Origin: Candidatus Poribacteria bacterium
GTDB lineage: Bacteria > Poribacteria > WGA-4E > WGA-3G
Direction of reading: 5' to 3'
Length of the DNA: 64,000 nt
Assembly: GCA_026702755.1 (NCBI GenBank)
Contig: JAPPBX010000049.1
Span: 12,057 to 76,056, forward strand
Made by a program: the position numbers and the translations under genes. The notes beneath the pieces are model-generated. The model was not told the origin of the DNA. It did not search any database and saw only the letters and a list, made by a program, of their open reading frames with translations. Positions 7,548 through 16,437 of the stretch are shown one piece after another (position 1 is the stretch's first letter; each line of letters begins with the position of its first letter).

Positions 7548-9701
7548 ATGCGTTACAGAGCCGTCCTTTTGATATTCGCGGTGATCGCTGCGATGAATCT
7601 AAATGCCGAAGCCATCAAAGAAATCAAACCACTGTTCACCCAAGAAACAATCGAAATCAATGGACACCTCAACGAGGAACCTTGGATAGAGACACAAGTC
7701 ATCGACGACTTTACACAACAATCTCCCGATGAAGGGCAACCAACTACTGAACGCACAGAAGTTCGCATGCTGTATGACGCTGAAAAACTTTACATCGGGT
7801 TTGAGTGCTACGACTCGGAACCTGAAAAAATCGTTGCGAACGAAATGCGCCGCGATGGGAGACTCTGGCAAAATGATAACGTTTATATTATGCTTGACAC
7901 CTACGGCGATAAACGACAATGCTTCTTTTTTCGGACGAATGCGCTCGGCGCGCTGTCAGACACCGCCGTCACTGATGGTGGTGAAAACCTGAATGGGAGT
8001 TGGGACTGTATCTGGGAAGCCGCTGGACGGCAACATGAAAAAGGATGGACAGTTGAAATCGCGATTCCCTTTAATCAGTTACGGTTCAAAAAAGACGATT
8101 CGATGGTTTGGGGTGTAAATTTCGGACGCAATATTGCGAGGCTTAATCAAACGACGCAGTGGATTCAGGTGCCGCGAAGTCAGAGTTGGCCCGGGACATA
8201 CCATCCAATATATCAAGGCAAACTAACCGGGCTTCACGGTATTGCGTCGCCATCGTATTTTAATGTAAAACCGTATCTTCTCGGCGGTTTGGGACGGAAT
8301 CCTGATGATGAAAATTGGCAGCGTACTACCGAAGGCGACATTGGATTGGACATGAAATACGGTGTTACCTCGAACCTGACACTGGATTTGACACTGAATA
8401 CCGATTTTGCACAGGTAGAGGCGGACCAAGAGGAGGTTAACCTTACACGGTTTAGTCTTTATTTTCCAGAGCGGCGTGATTTTTTTCTTGAGGGTAGCGG
8501 ACTGTTCGCCTTTGGCGCAGGGATCGGAGATTTCGGTCCGCCACCTTTATCGGTTTTTTATAGCCGCCGCATCGGTATCGAAGACGACAAACAGGTTCGA
8601 CTTCTCGGTGGTGGTAAACTAACAGGAAAGGTCGGAGCATACAGTGTAGGCGCGCTCAATATGACGACTGCTGCCTCAGAGGAATCACCGATGACGAACT
8701 TCTCTGTGCTAAGAATGCAGCGTGATATTCTCAGCGATTCAACCGTCGGCTTTATCCTCACGAACCGACAGAGCGATTTGGGTAGCGACTATCATCGCAA
8801 CGGTGGGATAGACCTGTTTTTCAGACCACACGATCAGTGGCGGATGCGTGCAATGAGCGTCGGGAGTTGGTCGCCAGATCCAGAAGAACGCGATCTCGCT
8901 TGGTATCTCTCAAATGACTGGCGCAACAAGCATTTCCGCGTCAACGCTTCTTACCTCGACATCGGTCCCCAATTTACGAGTGAAATGGGATTCATGCATC
9001 GGCGGGACATTCGGTCGCTCATGTTGAATACGAATTACGAAGTCCAAGTCAGTCGGTATGGTATACGGGATGTCGGTGCAGGTCTCTCCGGTGGTTACCT
9101 ACTGGATCACGATAACACTCCTATCGGTTGGGACTTCGGGATCAGCGCGGATATGATTCGGTATTCAGACGACGGGCTGAATCTTGATTTCCGACGGTTT
9201 TTTGACCGTGTCGATGAATCTTTTAGTATCAATGATGCTGAGATTCCCGCTGGCGATTACGAGATGAATCAGGTTTCGCTAAGAGGGTTCACCGAGAGCA
9301 GCAGACCGTTTGCTGTATTCGGCCGTGTAGAGTATGGGGACTACTTTCACGGTAACCGCGTGGGGTTCAGTATTGATAGTCAGTGGCGCATAACTTATCA
9401 ACTCGCCATCGAAACCCGTTATCAACGTAACTGGATTCAATTGCCCGAAATTGATTTGTTGACAACAAACGTTGTTGGCGCGAGGATTAGTTATGCGTTA
9501 AACACACGGTTCTTTACGAAACTGTACACACAGTGGAACGACAGCGCGGAACGGGCAAGCGCGAATTTTTTGCTCAATTACATCTACCGTCCCGGAAGCG
9601 ATTTTTACCTCGTGTACGATCAGGGATGGGATACATCGGACGGTTTCCACGCACACGAATGGACAGTGTTGAGTAAGTTTACTTACCTGTTTAGTCTATA
9701 A
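7548..9701 (+). CDS. secreted protein with CBM9/DOMON-like N-terminal domain and DUF5916-like C-terminal region, about 717 aa
   Basis: GAGGAG ribosome-binding site, then ATG at 7548 (MRYRAVLLIFAVIAAMNLNAEA signal peptide). N-terminal segment YIGFECYDSEPEKIV...NDNVYIMLDTYGD resembles family 9 carbohydrate-binding-like modules. Confidence 0.55.
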   Translation: MRYRAVLLIFAVIAAMNLNAEAIKEIKPLFTQETIEINGHLNEEPWIETQVIDDFTQQSPDEGQPTTERTEVRMLYDAEKLYIGFECYDSEPEKIVANEMRRDGRLWQNDNVYIMLDTYGDKRQCFFFRTNALGALSDTAVTDGGENLNGSWDCIWEAAGRQHEKGWTVEIAIPFNQLRFKKDDSMVWGVNFGRNIARLNQTTQWIQVPRSQSWPGTYHPIYQGKLTGLHGIASPSYFNVKPYLLGGLGRNPDDENWQRTTEGDIGLDMKYGVTSNLTLDLTLNTDFAQVEADQEEVNLTRFSLYFPERRDFFLEGSGLFAFGAGIGDFGPPPLSVFYSRRIGIEDDKQVRLLGGGKLTGKVGAYSVGALNMTTAASEESPMTNFSVLRMQRDILSDSTVGFILTNRQSDLGSDYHRNGGIDLFFRPHDQWRMRAMSVGSWSPDPEERDLAWYLSNDWRNKHFRVNASYLDIGPQFTSEMGFMHRRDIRSLMLNTNYEVQVSRYGIRDVGAGLSGGYLLDHDNTPIGWDFGISADMIRYSDDGLNLDFRRFFDRVDESFSINDAEIPAGDYEMNQVSLRGFTESSRPFAVFGRVEYGDYFHGNRVGFSIDSQWRITYQLAIETRYQRNWIQLPEIDLLTTNVVGARISYALNTRFFTKLYTQWNDSAERASANFLLNYIYRPGSDFYLVYDQGWDTSDGFHAHEWTVLSKFTYLFSL

Positions 9702-9829
9702 GTGAGCGCATTACGTTAAACACAGATTCTCTGTTCATTTTTTACGCGGATCGGGTATAATAATAACAAGACCTACGTAAATTGAGAAAATATCGGACAT
9801 TCAGACGCAAAAAATCGGTAACGTATTTA

Positions 9830-9908
9830 AACCCCCTAAATCCCCCAACCCCCCATATCCCCCCTTATCAGGGGGGCAGGGACTTTAAGAGGAAATGCGT
9901 AAGTCCTA
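9830..9908. repeat. interspersed repeat family 2 copy
   Basis: ACCCCCTAAATCCCCCAACCCCCCATATCCCCCCTTATCAGGGGGGCAGGGACTTTAAGAGGAAATGCG, about 90% identical to 5523..5600. Confidence 0.7.
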
Positions 9909-9984
9909 AATAAGTATAAAATAGAGTGTTTCGTTTTTGGTAAGGATTTCATCAAACAACAATCAAGAAAAAGGAGTTCGACCC

Positions 9985-10473
9985 ATGCGAAAACAACAAA
10001 TTGCAGCGAGTTACCAAAACTTCCACGTCATTGCCCACAATTTGGACGAGACAGGTGACCTTAAAGCTGAATGTAAGGCACAATTGGGTGAAGGCGTTCG
10101 GCTTGCTGACTGGAATGACATCCTCGCCTATTATCGAGAAGGCGGTTCACTGGAGGATTTCATCGAGGCTCTTGAGATACCGCTTGAGTATGTTACGCCT
10201 GAAGATACGGATCCGCTACCGAATACCTACTATCGCGTTTCGATGAACGGCGAGCTGCGATGGGAGGGAGATCGCCACTATTTCTTTACGCGGCACGACC
10301 ACACCAAGCGGGCAGGTTTTTTGTCCCACAACGACATTGATAATTACCACCTAACGCTGGGTTCCTGGTTCGGTAAGGGCGGTTTTGCGCTCTGCTACGG
10401 AGACCCGGATAGCACTGTGCCACCGCCAGAACCAGATACCACCGAACCGGTGCAGACATCGGGCGGCGGCTGA
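9985..10473 (+). CDS. hypothetical protein, 162 aa
   Basis: AAGGAG ribosome-binding site before ATG at 9985. Ends in a GGG tail immediately followed by a (GAGGCT)x3 microsatellite. Confidence 0.5.
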   Translation: MRKQQIAASYQNFHVIAHNLDETGDLKAECKAQLGEGVRLADWNDILAYYREGGSLEDFIEALEIPLEYVTPEDTDPLPNTYYRVSMNGELRWEGDRHYFFTRHDHTKRAGFLSHNDIDNYHLTLGSWFGKGGFALCYGDPDSTVPPPEPDTTEPVQTSGGG

Positions 10474-10547
10474 GGCTGAGGCTGAGGCAGCTAATGCAGT
10501 GGCGGTGCCATTGCTCGTTTTTTGCTCGGTAAGTGCGTTTATACAGC

Positions 10548-10765
10548 GTACCATAGGTGTCTATTTAGGGATTTTTCGCTGTATTTTATAGGCCCGTCTT
10601 TACAAATGCCGCCCCTACAGGGCTTAGATTTTTTGGTCCACACGCTGCTATAAACATTTCGTCCCTACGGGACTGAAGAGGGTTTCTGGCGTGTACAAAG
10701 TTCATGGCTAAAACCCGGCGCAGTTAGAATGCAGGTCGCATTTGGGCGTGTACGCCGCAAAACAG
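10548..10765. repeat. repeat family 1 copy (diverged) followed by a shared 30-mer, TCGCATTTGGGCGTGTACGCCGCAAA
   Basis: Aligns to 3301..3400 (ACAGGTGTCAATTTAAGGATTTTTCACGGTATTTTGTAGG and related). The 30-mer also occurs at 6944..6975. Confidence 0.6.
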
Positions 10766-10974
10766 TGCCTACCGGATCTGAGACTACAACGGTCATTTGC
10801 TCTAAAATTGACAGTTATGGTGCGTTTACACAGCGTACCTATGAGGCATTTATATCGGACCCCAGTGAGTTAAAGCAGATGTTTGGGAAATATATAAAAA
10901 CAGAGAAATCATATAACGACAATTCTTAAGTCCAAAACGACTTATTGCGCGTAATTATTTATACACCAACACAA

Positions 10975-11065
10975 GGGCGAGGATACAATCCTCGCGAGCG
11001 GCGGCGAGGAGTTTGTTCCCTGACGAACTGTAACATATTTTCGGATTTTACTATAAAGAACACTC
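10975..11065. repeat. interspersed repeat family 3 copy
   Basis: GGCGAGGATACAATCCTCGCGAGCGG ... TTTTCGGATTTTACTATAAAG. Confidence 0.6.
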
Positions 11066-11178
11066 AATGAAACCGAATACCCCATTTATGTCGTATTATG
11101 CAAGTGGATTTCACCTTTTTTTAAATTTACATGGGGGCATATCAGTTTTGATATTTCGCATTTAATTCGACTCTAATT

Positions 11179-11796
11179 GTGGGTATGAAACAAAACACAC
11201 TTTCAAAATTCAAAAGGAAATTGGTAAAGATGATAGAACCAGATAACTTTGCATGCCACAATGTTCACTTGGAGACTGAACGTCTGAAACTCCGCCCTTT
11301 TAAGGATGCCGATTTTGATATTGCTGTTCCTTTCTACAGAGATCCCGAATTTCTAAACGCGATTGAGGAATCTCCGCCTGACGAACCTGTGACAAAGGAG
11401 TATCTCAAAAAAGCAGGTAAATTCATGAGGGATAGCGGATTTCTGTTTGCAATTGTAGAAAAGTCGAGTGGACGAGCTATTGGCGAGGTATGTCTGCAAT
11501 GGATGAACTTGGAACGGGCGAAAATTGCTGGAGAAAAAATAATGCGTCTACCCATCGCGATTTGGGACAAGAGCTTGTGGGGCAAAGGCTACGGGAAAGA
11601 GGTCGTGCGATGCTTGATGGCGCATGCGTTTGAAAAACTGGAAATAGATCGGTTCTGTCCGGTGGACGTTCCGGTGGACAATGTCCGTTCACAAGCGTTG
11701 TGGCGGTCGCTTGGACTAAGTGTTTCACGAGAAGCGGACGGCGGGAAGATGTTGGACTATGAGATCACACGCGCAGAATATGAGAAAATTAACTGA
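11179..11796 (+). CDS. GNAT family N-acetyltransferase (RimJ/RimL-like)
   Basis: ETERLKLRPF N-terminus typical of RimL-type GNATs. Motif A WGKGYGKE. Alternative start at 11230 (MIEPD) is possible. Confidence 0.75.
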   Translation: MGMKQNTLSKFKRKLVKMIEPDNFACHNVHLETERLKLRPFKDADFDIAVPFYRDPEFLNAIEESPPDEPVTKEYLKKAGKFMRDSGFLFAIVEKSSGRAIGEVCLQWMNLERAKIAGEKIMRLPIAIWDKSLWGKGYGKEVVRCLMAHAFEKLEIDRFCPVDVPVDNVRSQALWRSLGLSVSREADGGKMLDYEITRAEYEKIN

Positions 11797-11836
11797 AGTG
11801 GTGCTCGAATAGAATCCTAAATCAAAGGAGTTTCCG

Positions 11837-13186
11837 ATGTTCAGCACACAACTCGCGCAGCGTGCGGCAGAGAACAACCCGATCCGTGTCGGGATCATCG
11901 GTGCGGGAAAATTTGGTGCAGGGCTGGTCGCGCAGCTTTCACAGATGCAAGGGATGGTAGCAAGTGCGATTGCAGACATCAATCTGGAACACGCTACAAA
12001 CGCTTATACTGCCAGCAATGTCCCATCCGATGCAATCCTGCAGGCACGAAATGTGAACGCGATGAACGATGCCATCCGTAGCGGTAAACGCGCAGTTACC
12101 GAAGACGGGATGCACGTTATTCAGTCTGACCTGATTGATGTAGTTGTGGAAGCGACTGGCATTCCAGAAGTCGGTGCGCGAATGGCTTACCATACGCTCA
12201 TGCATCGGAAGCATCTGGTGATGGTTAACGTTGAAACGGATGTCACCGTCGGTCCTTTCCTCAGACGCTTAGCGGACAATGCTGGTGTCGTGTATACGCT
12301 CGTCGATGGCGACCAACCCGGTGTGACGATGAATATGGTTGAGTGGGCAAAAACGCTCGGTTTTGAGATCGTTGCTGCGGGACGCGGTACGGTGTTCTAT
12401 GATGATGACCGTGCCGGAATACCAGATACCGTTCCACAACGGTTCGGATTTAGTGAAGAATTGATTGAGCGACGCACGATTAACTTCAAGATGTTCAATT
12501 CGTTCCGAGATGGATCGAAGGCACAGATCGAGATGACCTCCTTGGCGAACATGGCAGGACTACCGCCGGATGTGCGCGGCATGCACGAACCCTCCGTAGA
12601 CATTGCGGACATCGCGGAGGTCTTCAGCTTAAAAGAAGAAGGCGGTATTCTGAGTCGCCACGGTGTTGTTGAACTCGCAAATAGTATTACCACGGATGGC
12701 AAGACGATGCTGGACAATCCACTTCGGATGGGGGTATTCGTCGTTATTCGGACGGATCACCCATTCACCCAAGAAGACCTCGCCAGTTACAACCTGCATC
12801 CGGGGGGTAATGACAATAACTATCTTCTCTACCGTCCCTATCACCTCGTGGCTGTTGAAGCACCGATTTCAATCGCGAAAGCCGCACTCTATGGGCAACC
12901 GACAGGCACACCACTCTCGACACCCGTGGCTGACGTTATCACCGTTGCTAAACGCGACCTGAAAGCGGGAGAGGTCCTCGACGGAAGCGGAGGGTATACC
13001 GTTAACGGACTGATTGAAAAAGCGGAAATTTCACGTGCTGAAAATCTACTTCCCCTCGGTTTAGCGGACAACGCGAAATTAAAATGCGATGCTTCTCAAG
13101 GGGAAGCGATCTCTTATGATATGGTAACGTTAGATGAGGACTCTTTCGTGCTTAAACTTCGCCGCCTCCAAGACGCAACTGTTTGA
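11837..13186 (+). CDS. NAD(P)-binding oxidoreductase with C-terminal SAF-like domain (COG4091-like, predicted homoserine dehydrogenase-like)
   Basis: AAGGAG ribosome-binding site. N-terminal Rossmann motif IRVGIIGAGKFG. Size 449 aa. Confidence 0.5.
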   Translation: MFSTQLAQRAAENNPIRVGIIGAGKFGAGLVAQLSQMQGMVASAIADINLEHATNAYTASNVPSDAILQARNVNAMNDAIRSGKRAVTEDGMHVIQSDLIDVVVEATGIPEVGARMAYHTLMHRKHLVMVNVETDVTVGPFLRRLADNAGVVYTLVDGDQPGVTMNMVEWAKTLGFEIVAAGRGTVFYDDDRAGIPDTVPQRFGFSEELIERRTINFKMFNSFRDGSKAQIEMTSLANMAGLPPDVRGMHEPSVDIADIAEVFSLKEEGGILSRHGVVELANSITTDGKTMLDNPLRMGVFVVIRTDHPFTQEDLASYNLHPGGNDNNYLLYRPYHLVAVEAPISIAKAALYGQPTGTPLSTPVADVITVAKRDLKAGEVLDGSGGYTVNGLIEKAEISRAENLLPLGLADNAKLKCDASQGEAISYDMVTLDEDSFVLKLRRLQDATV

Positions 13187-13214
13187 CAAGCGGTCCGTGA
13201 AACGTTCCGATAGG

Positions 13215-14237
13215 TTATGCCCACGGATGCAGCACGACTTTACCGCACTCACCGGTCGCCTGCAATTCCCACGCCTCCTGTACGTCACGCATCGGGAAGG
13301 TGTGTGTGATAAATGTGTCCAAAGTTTCAGGTGAATCTTGGATTACCTTCATTAATTTTGGATAGACACCAAGGTTGTAGTGCCAATTCCCACGTAGGAC
13401 TAAGCCCTTCCGAATCATGTCTCGGCTTGCTGCGAGCGGAAATTCGCCGCCTTCCCCAACGAATGTGACTTGTCCCTTTCTGCGGGCTGCGTCTACCATC
13501 AACCGGTGCGCTGCTGATGCTCCTGAGCAGTCCACTGCCTTGTCAATCCCGACACCGTCCGTTAAATCCCGAATTTGATCGAGAATATCTTCGTTAGTCG
13601 GGTCCAAGACGACCTCTGCGCCCAACTTTCTCGCGAGTTCAGCACGATACGGATGACTCTCTACACCAATGACACGCGCACCGCGATAGTGAGCATTGAT
13701 AATACCGCCAAGTCCGACGGGACCTAACCCAGTTACCATGACTGTATCCAATGAATTGACCTGCATCTGCTCCATGGCACCGAACGTCGGTCCGAGTCCA
13801 CAGCATGCCATCCCAGCGTGTTCATAACTGACACCCTCTGGAATCGGACATAACATATCCTCCATTTTGTGCATATACTGTGCATAAGTTGCCGAAGCCA
13901 CGTCTTCTCCGACGAGATCCCGGATACTTGGACGACTGCCTCCCATACAGTGGATGTGCTCACCAATGACACACATCTGACATTTACCACAGGTGTTCTG
14001 TGGTTGAACAACGACGCGGTCCCCTACTTTGACGCGGCCGGGTTGTGCGACTTCCACAACTTCGCCAGCGGCTTCGTGACCAAAACCTTCACCGGTGCCC
14101 CCATGTATGAACCCTTTATATTCCGTACACATCGGGACGGCATGGATTTTGACGACGGCGATATCTCCACCAGCGCGGGGATCCGGTTTTTCAACGACGC
14201 CCCCTTTTTGATCACCGAACATTGCTGCAACCTGCAT
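13215..14237 (-). CDS. zinc-dependent alcohol dehydrogenase family (MDR; threonine/sorbitol dehydrogenase-like)
   Basis: GHEAAGEV zinc-ligand motif. Structural-zinc cysteines CGKCQMC. Rossmann VMVTGLGPVGLG. Confidence 0.85.
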   Translation of the reverse strand: MQVAAMFGDQKGGVVEKPDPRAGGDIAVVKIHAVPMCTEYKGFIHGGTGEGFGHEAAGEVVEVAQPGRVKVGDRVVVQPQNTCGKCQMCVIGEHIHCMGGSRPSIRDLVGEDVASATYAQYMHKMEDMLCPIPEGVSYEHAGMACCGLGPTFGAMEQMQVNSLDTVMVTGLGPVGLGGIINAHYRGARVIGVESHPYRAELARKLGAEVVLDPTNEDILDQIRDLTDGVGIDKAVDCSGASAAHRLMVDAARRKGQVTFVGEGGEFPLAASRDMIRKGLVLRGNWHYNLGVYPKLMKVIQDSPETLDTFITHTFPMRDVQEAWELQATGECGKVVLHPWA

Positions 14238-14403
14238 AAAGCGTATAAAACCGAGACTCTCCGCATCCTCGACAAAGGTTTACGAGGCTTGCATCGCGAA
14301 GAGAAAAGGTTCTCCTCCTTCCTAAAATGTGTTAATACCATAGCATACGTGATGAAATCTATCAAGGTAAATTGATGGGAGCATTGAAGACAAAATTATA
14401 GCG

Positions 14404-15153
14404 TTATCCTCGCCTTAAAAGATCGGCTAAAGGCGTATACTCGCTGTTTTGAGATAATTCCGTAATAACAGCGTTTCCGCTACGCTTGAAGAACTTGTAT
14501 GCCCTTCCATCAGGTGCAGAGGTGAGGATACGGTAGTTTTCCCCAACGATCTCAATCGCTGCGTTATTATCACAAGCGATTCCGATACCACCCCGTTTTG
14601 CGATCATCTGTGAGAAGGAGGCTTCTCGTTTCTCGACGTGATAATGCGGACAGTAGACTGCGTTGATGAATCCGAGTCCCCTGACACGGATATAGTCCCA
14701 GTCGGCGTTGCTGTAGAAAGAACTGGAATCGCTATGTCCGTATCTAAACCAGCAGATCGCGCCGGCACTGAGACCCGATAGAACGGTGCCGCGGGACGCA
14801 GCCTCCGCCAATACGGTATCTAATCCCAATCTTCGCCATAACTTCATCATCTTGTAGGTGTTCCCACCCCCAACATAGACGAGGTCCGAATCCAAGACCA
14901 ACGTGGACATTTCATCAAACGAAGGTGGATTTTGAATGAGTTTGAGCGTGCGCGTCTGGCATCCAAGATGTTCACCGTAAACCTTTTCAAAAGTATCAAT
15001 GTATCCAGGCGCGTCGCTGCTGGCGGTTGGAATGAAGAGTGCCTTCGGTCGTGTCTTACCGGTCAATTCAACAATGCGTTTGTCAATCGCAGCGGTTTCC
15101 AATTCTCTAATTTCTCCGCCACCAATTGCAACAATTTTCGGTACTGCTTTCAT
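14404..15153 (-). CDS. peptidase S51 family (dipeptidase E / cyanophycinase-like)
   Basis: Start chosen at internal ATG (MKAVPKIVAIGGG). VYVGGGNTYKMM and GLSAGAICW motifs typical of PepE-like class I glutamine-amidotransferase-like peptidases. Confidence 0.7.
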   Translation of the reverse strand: MKAVPKIVAIGGGEIRELETAAIDKRIVELTGKTRPKALFIPTASSDAPGYIDTFEKVYGEHLGCQTRTLKLIQNPPSFDEMSTLVLDSDLVYVGGGNTYKMMKLWRRLGLDTVLAEAASRGTVLSGLSAGAICWFRYGHSDSSSFYSNADWDYIRVRGLGFINAVYCPHYHVEKREASFSQMIAKRGGIGIACDNNAAIEIVGENYRILTSAPDGRAYKFFKRSGNAVITELSQNSEYTPLADLLRRG

Positions 15154-15311
15154 AAATCGTCCTTTTATTTCATTAACATTTCGGTTGTGTTGCAAACTCG
15201 ATTTGCGCACGCCAAAGGCAAGAATCGTAGCACAAACTTTGAGTGTATGGTATATTTGGCGCAAACTGGAAAGTTTGTGCTACATTTATCAAACTCACAT
15301 TGATTAAAAGC

Positions 15312-15330
15312 ACTCCGCTGGAGTGGGAGA
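15312..15330. promoter_or_regulatory. 17-bp palindrome AGCACTCCGCTGGAGTG in a divergent promoter region; second copy at 30305..30321
   Basis: Perfect inverted repeat CACTCC/GGAGTG with a 3-nt spacer, identical in both places. Confidence 0.35.
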
Positions 15331-15533
15331 ATTCATCCACGATCAAATCTGCAGTAGCATGATACATCGCGTCGGGTTCCTAAAACTTTAAGTTGACCTC
15401 ACGTTAACACTAACAACTTCGAGAAAAACTATCAAGTACATTTAGAAATTTAACTACATTTTCACCAAATAATTGTGGTAAAATGAAAAGGGAAACGCAT
15501 AAAAGTGTCCCTAACGTCTTAAGGAGGAACGTG

Positions 15534-16289
15534 ATGGCATCTGAACAGACAGGTTTGACACCTGCGCAAAAAACGTCCTACGAGGAAAACGGGTATCTCA
15601 TCCTTGAAAGTGTCCTTGCGCCCGAAGAGTGCGAGACCTTCGTTGAACATATAGAAGACCTTCACGCGGGACGTAAGCACCTTGAAGGTTTTTTTCAACA
15701 GGATAAATACGGCGCAAGGACCTTCAATCAGCATCTCTACGACCCGCGCGTATTGGATTTACTTATTGACTCCCGCTTGCATAAACCGCTATCGGACTGT
15801 TTTGGCGGCGAACCGGAAGGGGTTCAATCGATGCATTTTTTTGAAGGGTCCGAGCATCCGTTGCATCAAGATCAGTACTATCTACCGGATTGTATGTCAG
15901 CATGGATTGCGATGGTTCGTGTCGATGAAGACAACGGACCGCTGATAGTCCAGCCCGGTTCACACAGAGGCAGGTTGATTACAAAGAGCGATGTGCCTAT
16001 GACATTGCAACCGGGAGAGACGTACGAGCTGCAGCAGCATAATCGTTATTTTCCCGCGGTCAAACAAGTCTTTCGCGAAAATGGTAAAGACGCAGTCGAG
16101 GTCATGGTAAATCCGGGAGATGTGGTTCTGTTTGACGGGAAACTGATTCATGGTGGTGCGAAAGTTTTAAAACCCGGCACGCGTAGGCACGCATTGGCAT
16201 GCCACTATATCCCTTATGCCTCGGAAAACTGGGAACGGGATTGGCCTCGCATTTCATTTGACGGCAGTCGGCGGATTCATTATCAGTAA
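15534..16289 (+). CDS. phytanoyl-CoA dioxygenase (PhyH) family Fe(II)/2OG oxygenase
   Basis: AGGAGG ribosome-binding site before ATG at 15534. HQDQYY (HxD) and distal LIHGG histidine. Confidence 0.8.
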   Translation: MASEQTGLTPAQKTSYEENGYLILESVLAPEECETFVEHIEDLHAGRKHLEGFFQQDKYGARTFNQHLYDPRVLDLLIDSRLHKPLSDCFGGEPEGVQSMHFFEGSEHPLHQDQYYLPDCMSAWIAMVRVDEDNGPLIVQPGSHRGRLITKSDVPMTLQPGETYELQQHNRYFPAVKQVFRENGKDAVEVMVNPGDVVLFDGKLIHGGAKVLKPGTRRHALACHYIPYASENWERDWPRISFDGSRRIHYQ

Positions 16290-16437
16290 AGTCGGAGTCG
16301 CAATTTAAAAAAAGAAATTGAGAATTGACATTCCACAACTTGTGTGCTATCTTTAATGACTAACGCCTTGGCAATTGGCAACGCTTGAATGTCTCCAAAC
16401 GGAAAAAGACAACGAAATGAAATAAGGAGAAGAGATA

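Noticed and set aside
10471-10492. (GAGGCT)x3 microsatellite at the stop of the 9985..10473 gene as a phase-variation switch
   Set aside because: Only three units and positioned at or after the stop codon. It is unlikely to be functionally variable and is noted only as part of the repeat hub.
10729-10929. 66-aa ORF inside the repeat hub
   Set aside because: It starts inside the shared 30-mer repeat and has no ribosome-binding site or motifs, so it is more likely a chance ORF in repeat sequence.
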